From Planctomycetota bacterium (GTDB taxonomy: Bacteria > Planctomycetota > Planctomycetia > Pirellulales > Pirellulaceae): 56,189 nucleotides of DNA. The stretch covers positions 1 through 56,189 of the forward strand of contig CAUJKL010000933.1 of the NCBI GenBank assembly GCA_963204995.1. Direction: 5' to 3'. Each line of letters begins with the position of its first letter. The stretch's first letter is position 1. The notes under the pieces were generated by a model. It had not been told where the DNA came from. It saw only the letters and a list, made by a program, of their open reading frames with translations, and ran no database searches. This document shows positions 1-10,335 of the stretch, in pieces. The translations under genes and the position numbers were made by a program.

Positions 1-45
1 GATTTCAGATTTGATCATCAAATGCGATCTCTCTCTGACAATCTA

Positions 46-87
46 AAATCGCAAATCACAAACCGCAAATCACAAATCACAAATCCC
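46..87. repeat. six tandem 7-nt units (AAATCNC) just 3' of the guaA stop codon
   Basis: Read directly: aaatcgc aaatcac aaaccgc aaatcac aaatcac aaatccc; the guaA stop (tta on + strand) is at 91-93. Confidence 0.8.
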
Positions 88-90
88 GCT

Positions 91-1674
91 TTACTCCCAC
101 TCAATCGTGGCCGGCGGTTTCGAGCTGATATCGTAGCAGACACGATTCACGCCTTTCACCTCATTGATGATCCGCGTCGAGATTCGCGCCAGCAACTCGT
201 AGGGCAAGTGCGACCAATCCGCAGTCATGAAGTCGTCAGTATTCACCGAGCGGACGGCAATCGTGTTTTCGTAAGTCCGCGCGTCGCCCATAACGCCAAC
301 ACTTTGTACCGGCAGCAATACGGCAAAGGCCTGTGAAGTCTGGCGGTAAAGCCCGGCTGCCTTGATTTCCCCGACGACGATCGCATCGGCTTCACGAAGC
401 ACATTCAGCTTCTCGCGTGTGATGTCGCCGATGCAGCGAACCGCCAAGCCCGGTCCAGGGAACGGATGCCGCCAAACAAGATCGGGCGGCAAACCTAATT
501 CGAGGCCGAGCTTACGAACCTCGTCCTTGAATAAATCACGTAACGGTTCCACTAGCTCGAATCCCAGTTCGTCGGGTAATCCGCCGACATTGTGATGCAA
601 CTTGATCGTGGCCGCTGGCCCGTCCGGTGCCGCGCCGCTTTCGATTACATCGGGATAGAGTGTTCCTTGGGCGAGATATCTGGCGTCTTCGATCTTGGCG
701 GCTTCCTCTTTGAAGCATTCGATGAAAGCGTGCCCAATCCGGCGACGTTTCTCCTGCGGTTCGGTGATACCTGCGAGTGCTGTCAGAAATCGCTCTTCGC
801 CGTCCACCACATGCAAATCGGCTTTGAAGTGGTTCGTGAATTCGGAAATCACGGCCGCTTGCTCGTCTTTTCGCAGCAATCCGTTGTCGACCAGGATGCA
901 GGAAAGCTGGGAGCCGATGGCCTTGTAGAGCAACGCCGCCGTTACCGCCGAATCGACGCCACCCGACAGTCCGCAAATCACTCGGGCGTCACCAATCCGT
1001 TCGCGGATCGTCTCGATCGTCTCTCTGGCGAAATCGCCCAGGTGCCACGTTCCAGTGCAACCACAAATCGAAATCAGAAAGTTATGCAGCAGCGTTCCGC
1101 CCAGCGGTGTATGCGTTACTTCGGGATGGAACTGAATACCATAGACCGGGAGCGAACAGTGCTTCACCGCCGCGATGGGGCAGGTGTTCGTCTTGGCCAG
1201 CGGCATGAAGTCGTCGGACACCTGAGCGACCTGATCGCCGTGACTCATCCAGACGTCTGTCGTCTCGGGCATCCCGGCAAAGAGATCGGAATGTGAAGTC
1301 ACTTCGACGCGGGCTCGGCCATACTCGCGAGACGGCGTGTTCTCGACTTGACCCCCCAAGGCATTGCAAGCCAGCTGCATGCCGTAGCAAATACCGAGTA
1401 TCGGGATGCCAAGCTCGAAGATGCCTGGATCGCACTGGGGAGCGCCGTCCTCGTAGACGCTGGAGGGGCCACCGGACAGGATCAATCCTCGTGGTGCGTG
1501 CTTTTGGATTTGTTCGGCGGTGATGTCATGCCGCACGATCTCGCAGTAGACGTTCTGTTCGCGCACTCGTCTGGCGATCAATTGAGCGTATTGCGAACCG
1601 AAATCGAGAACCAACACTCGCTCGTCTGCTACGCTTACACTCCCAACGTCAGGGGAAACCGCTGCCGTACTCAT
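91..1674 (-). CDS. guaA: GMP synthase (glutamine-hydrolysing)
   Basis: N-terminal class-I amidotransferase ([30 protein letters not shown]), ATP-pyrophosphatase P-loop SGGVDS, C-terminal end KPPATIEWE. Start placed at ATG 1674 (AGGAG 4 nt upstream); ATG 1701 is the alternative. Confidence 0.95.
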   Translation of the reverse strand: MSTAAVSPDVGSVSVADERVLVLDFGSQYAQLIARRVREQNVYCEIVRHDITAEQIQKHAPRGLILSGGPSSVYEDGAPQCDPGIFELGIPILGICYGMQLACNALGGQVENTPSREYGRARVEVTSHSDLFAGMPETTDVWMSHGDQVAQVSDDFMPLAKTNTCPIAAVKHCSLPVYGIQFHPEVTHTPLGGTLLHNFLISICGCTGTWHLGDFARETIETIRERIGDARVICGLSGGVDSAVTAALLYKAIGSQLSCILVDNGLLRKDEQAAVISEFTNHFKADLHVVDGEERFLTALAGITEPQEKRRRIGHAFIECFKEEAAKIEDARYLAQGTLYPDVIESGAAPDGPAATIKLHHNVGGLPDELGFELVEPLRDLFKDEVRKLGLELGLPPDLVWRHPFPGPGLAVRCIGDITREKLNVLREADAIVVGEIKAAGLYRQTSQAFAVLLPVQSVGVMGDARTYENTIAVRSVNTDDFMTADWSHLPYELLARISTRIINEVKGVNRVCYDISSKPPATIEWE

Positions 1675-1876
1675 CACTCTCCTAACACTTCCTGAATGCA
1701 CTACGAAGAGCCACTCATGGCCCCGCAGCGGGAAATGAAACCTCGCATTATAGGAATGGACTTCCCAAGCGAATAGTACGGACCACTCTCCGGCTCGTTG
1801 TCGACCCTACGTCCGAGAGCTATTATGAAGCCCCGAGACGGAGCGACAGCGGGCACCCGAGGAAGGCGTTCATACC

Positions 1877-2290
1877 GTGCAGATTCTGCTGACTAACGAT
1901 GATGACATCTATGCTCCCGGCCTGGCGGCGATGGAACGCGAACTTCGGTCGCTGGGTGATGTTTGCGTCGCGGCTCCCGCCACCGAACAAAGCGGCGTCG
2001 GTCATTCGATGACGTTTCTTGCCCCGTTGATTTGCAAGGAAGTCTACGATGGCGATAGAAAGCGTGGTTGGGCGGTCGAAGGAAGCCCCGCCGACTGCGT
2101 CAAGCTGGGAATCTTCGAGCATTGCCCGCAACGGTCTGATGTCATCATTAGCGGCATCAACGACGGGCGCGAGACAGATCTTATGGCACTCGCCAGAGGA
2201 TTCGTCACGCCAACTCCGCTACAATACGACATGACAAAACATCCGGTCTTAACCGAGATGCAGAATTGGAAACTTACCCTTCCGGAATGA
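1877..2290 (+). CDS. surE: 5'/3'-nucleotidase SurE homolog with a large in-frame internal deletion (137 aa; possible pseudogene)
   Basis: The N-terminus MQILLTNDDDIYAPGL...VAAPATEQSGVGHS...ISGINDG matches SurE up to the GINxG motif. It then jumps directly to the SurE C-terminal TDxxAL..GFVxxTPLQxDxT segment. GTG start. Confidence 0.6.
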   Translation: MQILLTNDDDIYAPGLAAMERELRSLGDVCVAAPATEQSGVGHSMTFLAPLICKEVYDGDRKRGWAVEGSPADCVKLGIFEHCPQRSDVIISGINDGRETDLMALARGFVTPTPLQYDMTKHPVLTEMQNWKLTLPE

Positions 2291-2745
2291 GGACGTTGGA
2301 CATGCGATATCAAGCTTTCACTTCGGTTTTGTTGGTGACTTTACTGGCAGGTTGCATTCAGGCTCCACCGCCACCCGCACCAAGCCCAGCACCACCCGCG
2401 ACACCCACACCACAAGCAGCCGCTCCGAACGCACCGATGGAACGCGTCGTGGCGGAAGCAGGAGTTGGCAAAAAGGGACAGAGTTTGAAGAATGACACGG
2501 GGATGGTTGTCGAACCGGTGAAGCAACTGATTCGGTTCGAGCAAAAGGCCGTGTTCGATCTGCAAATCAAGCCGGCTCTTGAGCTATACAAAGGCTCTAC
2601 AGGCTCGTACCCGAAAACTCACGAAGAGTTCATGGCGAATATTATTACGGCGAACGGCATCAAGTTGCCAGAGCTGCCAGCAGGCCAGCAGTACGTCTTC
2701 GATCCGGAGACCGCCCAGTTAATGGTCGAACGACCCCAACAGTAA
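2266..2745 (+). CDS. lipoprotein with GspG/pseudopilin-like C-terminal core
   Basis: Lipobox LLAGC after a hydrophobic leader (likely start ATG 2287 or 2302), then a Pro/Ala linker. C-terminal ALELYKGSTGSYPKTHEEF...LPELPAGQQYVFDP resembles the T2SS pseudopilin G globular-domain motif. Confidence 0.6.
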   Translation: METYPSGMRTLDMRYQAFTSVLLVTLLAGCIQAPPPPAPSPAPPATPTPQAAAPNAPMERVVAEAGVGKKGQSLKNDTGMVVEPVKQLIRFEQKAVFDLQIKPALELYKGSTGSYPKTHEEFMANIITANGIKLPELPAGQQYVFDPETAQLMVERPQQ

Positions 2746-2830
2746 GTCAACGCACTTTTCAGGCACCGTCGAAACCGCCTGATCGGCTTTGAAGAGTCAA
2801 GTTAGTCTTTACCATTGCATTGAGAATCCT

Positions 2831-3310
2831 ATGCTTGCTGAAATTCGTCGAAGCGTGAGCCTTCTGTTCTGCATGCTTGCGATCTTCGCCTGTTCTTGCA
2901 CGTCGAACACCTCCAGCAAAGCTTCGCTTGCTACCAATACCACCTCAGGGCCTGTCGATGCCGATGCCTCGACGGAGTTTACCGAGACCGAGTCGGGATT
3001 GAAGTACCGGATCTTGCGAAAGTCGGATGGCCCCAAACCCGTCGCTTCCGATACGGTGCTGGCACATTACGCCGGTTGGCTGGATGACGGTACGGAGTTC
3101 GACAGTTCGTATGCTCGTGGCAACCCCACGGACTTTCCGCTGCGCGGTGTGATTCCCGGCTGGACCGAAGGTTTACAGCTCATCGGCAAGGGAGGCATGA
3201 TCGAGTTGGAGATTCCATCCAAATTGGGTTACGGTCCCATGGGCATGCCGGGTGCGATTCCTCCCGACGCGACCTTGCATTTCAAAGTTGAGTTGATCGA
3301 CATTTTCTAA
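2831..3310 (+). CDS. FKBP-type peptidyl-prolyl cis-trans isomerase (lipoprotein or secreted)
   Basis: The C-terminal domain VLAHYAGWLDDGTEFDSSYARGNPTDFPLRGVIPGWTEGLQLIGKGGMIELEIPSKLGYG...IPPDATLHFKVELIDI is a canonical FKBP_C. ATG 2831 is preferred over the TTG at 2789. Confidence 0.9.
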   Translation: MLAEIRRSVSLLFCMLAIFACSCTSNTSSKASLATNTTSGPVDADASTEFTETESGLKYRILRKSDGPKPVASDTVLAHYAGWLDDGTEFDSSYARGNPTDFPLRGVIPGWTEGLQLIGKGGMIELEIPSKLGYGPMGMPGAIPPDATLHFKVELIDIF

Positions 3311-3645
3311 ATTGTGGGCACGCTTCCGCCATCGGCTATGTGAAGGATGCGGGAGTCGTGGCACTTCGTTGTCGTGGCTCCGTCGTTGATCATGTTGACA
3401 AATTGCAACATGGGAGTTGCTGAGAGGACGCGTTCGTGTCGCTGGGAGATAAGTGCGACGCGACTTAAGTTGTTGTCAGACCTCGACTCATGCGGCGACA
3501 TCACCGTCGTTGGCGCGCTTGGCATCGTGTTTGCTTCTACGATAGAGCCATGATGATTTTCTTCATCAACCCGCTCTCCGTCGCCGTTTCACGTTTTGTG
3601 ACACGGTCTCATCCAGCGGCGCGAGAATCAACCGAGGCTGTCGCC

Positions 3646-4284
3646 ATGAACAAACCGTGTAGCCTGATTCCCCTGTTTCTAATCGCTTGCTGGATCGGTC
3701 CCGCATCGGCCGGAGACTGGGTCACGGAACCTTCGTATTACACGCACGATCCCATGTCTGGCGAACGCGTCACCCAGTACACACCCATCGGGCCGTTCTA
3801 TACCTACGGCCAATCGAGCTTTACTCGTAGCGGCTATCGCAATACGCGGAGCAGTCTGCAAGTTGGCACTAGCGCCGATAACTACCACACGACGGAACAG
3901 TGGGGACCGCCAGTACAGCCTTATGGCGAATGGCGTTTCCCCTATCGTCCCTACTCGGTTCCTTATGGTCAGTGGGGACCGCAATTCTACGGCGGCGTTC
4001 CGTTTGGACTCTACCCGAGGGGATTCGGTGGTGGCTACGGGGGTGGCGGTTATGGCGGCGGGGGATATCCTGGCGTTGGATTTCCAGGCGGCGGAAATTT
4101 TCCGCCCGGCCAAGGCGGTATGCAGCAGCCACCGTATTCAGGGCCGAACCCGTTACAGCCTGGCTATAGTGGTCAACAACAATTGCTGGATGGTCGCTAT
4201 CCGCCGTTTGATAACCTCGGCCCGTTCGAGAAGAAGCAACTGTTCGATCACCTGTATCCGCCGCAGCCCGGTGTCGGGAATTGA
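3646..4284 (+). CDS. secreted Gly/Tyr/Pro-rich low-complexity protein
   Basis: Signal peptide MNKPCSLIPLFLIACWIGPASAGDW, followed by GGGYGGGGYGGGGYPGVGFPGGGNFPPGQGGMQQPPYSGPNPLQPGYSGQQQ. Start set at ATG 3646, inside the longer ORF-track frame. Confidence 0.65.
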   Translation: MNKPCSLIPLFLIACWIGPASAGDWVTEPSYYTHDPMSGERVTQYTPIGPFYTYGQSSFTRSGYRNTRSSLQVGTSADNYHTTEQWGPPVQPYGEWRFPYRPYSVPYGQWGPQFYGGVPFGLYPRGFGGGYGGGGYGGGGYPGVGFPGGGNFPPGQGGMQQPPYSGPNPLQPGYSGQQQLLDGRYPPFDNLGPFEKKQLFDHLYPPQPGVGN

Positions 4285-4480
4285 GAGTAGCCTCTCGGTG
4301 CCTAGGTATCTACTTGTTCACGACTCCACGACAAGTCTATATTCATGGCAATCTGCTGTTTGACTAAATTAGCCAGCTTGGTGCCCGCCACCCGTTGTTG
4401 AACAGTTCGCATCCCTCCTGAACCCGATCCGGCGACTTGTCGTCCGAGACCTGTTTACAACTGGCCCAAGAGCAACTGCC

Positions 4481-5524
4481 ATGATCCGCCAACGATTACT
4501 CTTCGTGACATTGTCGATGCTGGCAACATTCGCTGCGGCTCAGGAGGTGCCCGAAGCCACCCGCGAGTTCAGCATCCGGAACGACCGGGCTTTCCTGGAT
4601 GAGAACGAAGTCGAGCTGTGGGGACTGCGCTGCGGCAACGCCTTGCATAGTGAAGTGATCACCGAGCGGCACATCCGTAACCTCGATAACATGACCGCAC
4701 ACGGGATCAATACGATTGGCGTCTACATCCAGGGGAGCAACGCCGGCTGGCCGGATGCCAATGCCGCCGCGAACGGGTTCACACGCGACGGCAAGCTCAA
4801 GGCTCCCTTCGCAAAGCGGTTGGAAGCGATCGTTCGTGCAGCCGATCAACGCGGCATGGTGGTAATGGTCGGTCTGTTCACTCATCGCAAGGACCAAGAG
4901 TTCTATGACAACACGGCTATTCAGTCGGCCGTCGAAGGCGCGGCACGCTTCCTCAACGAGCGCAACTTGAAAAACGTGTTTGTCGACATCATCCACGAGT
5001 TCAGCCATCCAGAGAGGATGGATCAAGCGATCTTTCGCGAACCTGACGGCGAGGCGAAGAAGGCACAGCTCACGGGCTGGTTCAAGGCGGTCGCTCCGGA
5101 TATCGAGGTCGGTGTGTGTCCTGACATCAATTCCGGAACCGGCGATGTATATCCGGGCATGGATGTGCGGATGATCCAGAAGCAGATGCCGATTCCCACG
5201 CAGGGCTTTGTCGTCAACGTCGAGACGCTACGGCAGGATGTCTATCAAAACGACGGTATCTTCAGCCGGAGCAATATCGAGGACATCGTCGCCGATTGTC
5301 GCCGGTATCAAGCAGCTCCTAACGCCGCGATGCTCTTCCATGCGGCGTTCATTCAAGGCATCTCGAACTTTAGCGGCAGCGCCCCACATCCGGAGATGGG
5401 AGGCTACGGTACTGGGAGGGACGATCGCGGCGTGCGCTTCTATTACGACTGGGTCCGCGATCATATCGGCCGCTGGGAGTACCCTCGACATATTCCCGTG
5501 ACGGCAACTGGCGAGTCAAACTAG
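4481..5524 (+). CDS. secreted TIM-barrel glycosidase-like protein (GH5-like, tentative)
   Basis: Signal peptide LLFVTLSMLATFAAAQE. The layout HGINTIGVYIQG...RGMVVMVGLF...VFVDIIHEF resembles the GH5 beta4 strand and acid/base Glu, but NEP is replaced by HEF. Confidence 0.45.
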   Translation: MIRQRLLFVTLSMLATFAAAQEVPEATREFSIRNDRAFLDENEVELWGLRCGNALHSEVITERHIRNLDNMTAHGINTIGVYIQGSNAGWPDANAAANGFTRDGKLKAPFAKRLEAIVRAADQRGMVVMVGLFTHRKDQEFYDNTAIQSAVEGAARFLNERNLKNVFVDIIHEFSHPERMDQAIFREPDGEAKKAQLTGWFKAVAPDIEVGVCPDINSGTGDVYPGMDVRMIQKQMPIPTQGFVVNVETLRQDVYQNDGIFSRSNIEDIVADCRRYQAAPNAAMLFHAAFIQGISNFSGSAPHPEMGGYGTGRDDRGVRFYYDWVRDHIGRWEYPRHIPVTATGESN

Positions 5525-5554
5525 TTTCGAAACTAAACTCCAGCGAGGTTCGCG

Positions 5555-6583
5555 ATGTCCCACCGCCGAGCATTCACGCTTATCGAACTCCTGGTGGTGA
5601 TCGCCATCATCGGTATCCTCGTCGCGCTGCTGTTACCTGCGGTTCAAGCGGCTCGCGAAGCTGCACGTCGCACTCACTGCGCCAACAACCTAAAGCAACT
5701 TGGGTTGGCGGTACAGAACTACGAGCACACATTCGGAGCTCTGCCACCCGCGGCTTTCGTCCAAACCTTACCCAGCGGTTCGGTCTGGGTCAGCTACCTC
5801 GGACCACACGCCCGTATCCTGCCTTTCATCGAGCAGAACAATGTCTCCGGAGCCATGGACCTTGGTGCAGCCTATGGTAACCTCGCCAACAGTGCGGCGA
5901 CGGGTCGTGTCATTGACGGGTTCCTCTGTCCCAGCGAAGTCCGGCGCGAACCTCTGATCCACGCCGTCTTTGGGACCATCGGTGGTGTCAACTATGGCTT
6001 CTCCATGGGCGACTGGTTCGTGTGGAGCGGCATCAATAATCCGAGCGGACCGCAGACGCGCTCCGTCATCGGCATCAATCTCAGCCGCAAGTGGGCCGAT
6101 GTGATCGACGGCCTTTCGAATACCCTACTCATGTCCGAAGTCAAGAACTACCAGCCGACGGTTCGTGACTGCGCGGTGTTGGCGAACATTCAGGATCCCG
6201 ACAACATCCCCTCGCCAGACGCCGATCCGCTTGCAGTTTGCCCGGAGTATGCCGCTGGCGGATGCGCGTTCATCCAATCCGCCCACACGCAATGGGCTGA
6301 AATGTCGGTGCATCATAACGGCTTCACGACCGCTTGGACTCCGAATAAGAAGACACCGGGTGGCCCTGGGATGGCGTTCCCCGACGTCAATGTGTTGACG
6401 CGGCGCGAGCGGATTGGTGGACCAACCTACGGAGCGATCACTTCCCGAAGCTACCATCCAGGCGGCGTGCATGCCCTGCGCTGCGACGGCTCTGTTCGCT
6501 TTACAGCGGAAACAATTGACGGGCTGACTTGGCGAGCGCTCGGTACTATTGCTGGCGGCGAAGTCATCTCCAACGACCAATGA
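5555..6583 (+). CDS. DUF1559 family protein with prepilin-type N-terminal cleavage/methylation domain (H-X9-DG)
   Basis: [48 protein letters not shown] at the N-terminus; [18 protein letters not shown] at the C-terminus. Confidence 0.92.
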   Translation: MSHRRAFTLIELLVVIAIIGILVALLLPAVQAAREAARRTHCANNLKQLGLAVQNYEHTFGALPPAAFVQTLPSGSVWVSYLGPHARILPFIEQNNVSGAMDLGAAYGNLANSAATGRVIDGFLCPSEVRREPLIHAVFGTIGGVNYGFSMGDWFVWSGINNPSGPQTRSVIGINLSRKWADVIDGLSNTLLMSEVKNYQPTVRDCAVLANIQDPDNIPSPDADPLAVCPEYAAGGCAFIQSAHTQWAEMSVHHNGFTTAWTPNKKTPGGPGMAFPDVNVLTRRERIGGPTYGAITSRSYHPGGVHALRCDGSVRFTAETIDGLTWRALGTIAGGEVISNDQ

Positions 6584-6605
6584 CGGTGCGTAAGGATCTG
6601 CCAAC

Positions 6606-6983
6606 ATGAAAGCATTGACATCTCTCGCACTGAACTTGGCGATCTACTTGGCCGTAGGGTGCAGCGCCCCTGCCCCGCCCCAATCAAACTACGATCCTCG
6701 AGACGCCCGCGACACGCTGATTACCGCGTTGGACGCCTGGCAGGCCGATACGCTGCAGCAGTTAGCTCAACAGCATCCGCCGCTACGTCTGTCGGATGAC
6801 GACTTGATCATGGGTGCGAAGTTGGAGAGTTATCAACTGAACCCCGATGCCACGTTTGCTCCGCATCAAGACGTGCAAGTCGACTTGGTCTTGAGAGATC
6901 GCCAAGGCACCACAATCAGTCGACGAGCCACGTATCAGATTGTGCTGGCACCCACGCGAGTAATCCTTCGCAACGACCCGTAG
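6606..6983 (+). CDS. small lipoprotein, unknown function
   Basis: Lipobox LAVGCS; lies 22 nt downstream of the DUF1559 gene and is followed by a terminator. Confidence 0.6.
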   Translation: MKALTSLALNLAIYLAVGCSAPAPPQSNYDPRDARDTLITALDAWQADTLQQLAQQHPPLRLSDDDLIMGAKLESYQLNPDATFAPHQDVQVDLVLRDRQGTTISRRATYQIVLAPTRVILRNDP

Positions 6984-7014
6984 TTCGGATGCTTGGTTTG
7001 AAATCGGCGTCGGC

Positions 7015-7052
7015 GTAGAGCGTTCGGGGAGTAACGGGCGCTCTACTTTTCT
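7015..7052 (+). terminator. rho-independent terminator between convergent genes
   Basis: GTAGAGCGTTCG / CGGGCGCTCTAC stem (8 perfect bp plus 4 extended pairs including G-U), followed by TTTTCT. Confidence 0.6.
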
Positions 7053-7069
7053 GGCAACAGTATCCGCCC

Positions 7070-7615
7070 TTACTTCTTTTTGAATCCCTCGCGCGGATCT
7101 TCGTGCTCGTAGTCAGAGATCAGCCAGTTGCCATCAACTTTTAAGAACGTGACATGTACAAAGCGGGGCACGTGCCGGTCGTTAATCAATCCCGAACGGT
7201 CGCTTGCTACCACGACGACATTAAAACTCGTGACGGCGCGCGGTGGAGACTCCGTGGGAAAGACCTTGATCTCCAGGTTTTGCTTGATCTTGACCTCTTC
7301 GAACTTGTACATCGGCATTTCGCTTTCGATGCGTTGACGGACGCCGGACATGCGCGGGTGGAGATGCTCCAACACGGCTTTGACGTCGTTTCGTTCGACA
7401 TCGTGTGCGATCAGATAGAGCGTCGTTTTGACTTGTCGGCGTTCCGACTTCCAGACGTTTCCTGCGACCACCACACCGGCGACACCCGTAATGATCGCGA
7501 GCATGATATACAGCTCGAGCTTGCGGCCGGTTTGCAGCCAAATCGCACCAAATACGATCGCCGTGATACCGCCTAGCACCAAGACGGACGTCGGATTCTC
7601 GAGCAACCAAGTCAT
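7070..7615 (-). CDS. membrane protein, unknown function (2 TM + soluble domain)
   Basis: Start at MTWLLENPTSVLVLGGITAIVFGAIWL; its ATG overlaps the stop of the upstream gene (ATGA at 7612-7615). Confidence 0.6.
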   Translation of the reverse strand: MTWLLENPTSVLVLGGITAIVFGAIWLQTGRKLELYIMLAIITGVAGVVVAGNVWKSERRQVKTTLYLIAHDVERNDVKAVLEHLHPRMSGVRQRIESEMPMYKFEEVKIKQNLEIKVFPTESPPRAVTSFNVVVVASDRSGLINDRHVPRFVHVTFLKVDGNWLISDYEHEDPREGFKKK

Positions 7616-7977
7616 GCGGTCGCCTCGTTTTGAGGGGCCGTCGATGCGAGCTTGCTGTTTTCTCGCCTGTTGCTTCGCCACAAGTTGAACCATGCCACGG
7701 ACAACATGCACCCCAGCACGACGTATAACGGCCAGAGCGTGATGCGCGTGGCAGTCGGTGCGTCAGCCACTTGTTCGTTGACCTCGAGCTGTGGTTTGGC
7801 GACGTGCTGCGCCACGTAAAGTCGATCTTCCGAATTACGCTCAATCTGAGACTGCCGAGCGGCAAACTTCGGTCCTGCCAAAAGCAACGCCACCGCACCT
7901 GCGGTACAGAAGAGATACACCCAGTACCAAGGCGAGTCGGTTATCGATTTGCGGGGAGAAGCGGAGAAAGTGTCCAT
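7612..7977 (-). CDS. small membrane protein, unknown function
   Basis: Two hydrophobic helices (WYWVYLFCTAGAVALLLAG; LWPLYVVLGCMLSVAWFNLW); 4-nt overlap with the downstream gene. Confidence 0.5.
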   Translation of the reverse strand: MDTFSASPRKSITDSPWYWVYLFCTAGAVALLLAGPKFAARQSQIERNSEDRLYVAQHVAKPQLEVNEQVADAPTATRITLWPLYVVLGCMLSVAWFNLWRSNRRENSKLASTAPQNEATA

Positions 7978-8019
7978 GGTGCTTGCATTATACAGCGGTG
8001 GTACGTCGCGGCGCGCAAG

Positions 8020-8092
8020 GGGGTCGGGAGTCTTTTTCGGCCGAAAGGTTCTCCAATTGAAAACCGTTTGGCCGGAAAAGACTCCCGACCCC
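8020..8092. repeat. long intergenic hairpin (23-bp stem, 27-nt loop) 3' of eno
   Basis: 8020-8042 GGGGTCGGGAGTCTTTTTCGGCC pairs with 8070-8092 GGCCGGAAAAGACTCCCGACCCC (one G-U). No U-tract follows on the eno strand. Confidence 0.85.
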
Positions 8093-8118
8093 GTTTACCG
8101 CACCGGGCAGATTCTGGC

Positions 8119-10246
<2,128 letters not shown>

Positions 10247-10335
10247 CGATCCCGGCGATGTTCCCGTAATCAATACGTCCCGCCAACCACCTCGGTTGGT
10301 TTGCCCGGCGGCTTCTGGACCAACGCCCGGGCAGG

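Noticed and set aside
592-1296. 234-aa + strand ORF
   Set aside because: Lies entirely antisense to guaA, whose identity is unambiguous; a typical high-GC antisense frame.
7221-7898. 225-aa minus-strand ORF rich in Arg
   Set aside because: An alternative frame of the two membrane protein genes. Its Arg/Ser/Thr-rich composition is typical of an off-frame read in GC-rich DNA.
10283-10335. Short hairpins (CCAACC/GGTTGG and TGCCCGG/CCGGGCA) between the convergent ribE and 2318-aa genes
   Set aside because: The stems are only 6-7 bp with weak U-tracts. They may be terminators, but the evidence is too thin to list as features.
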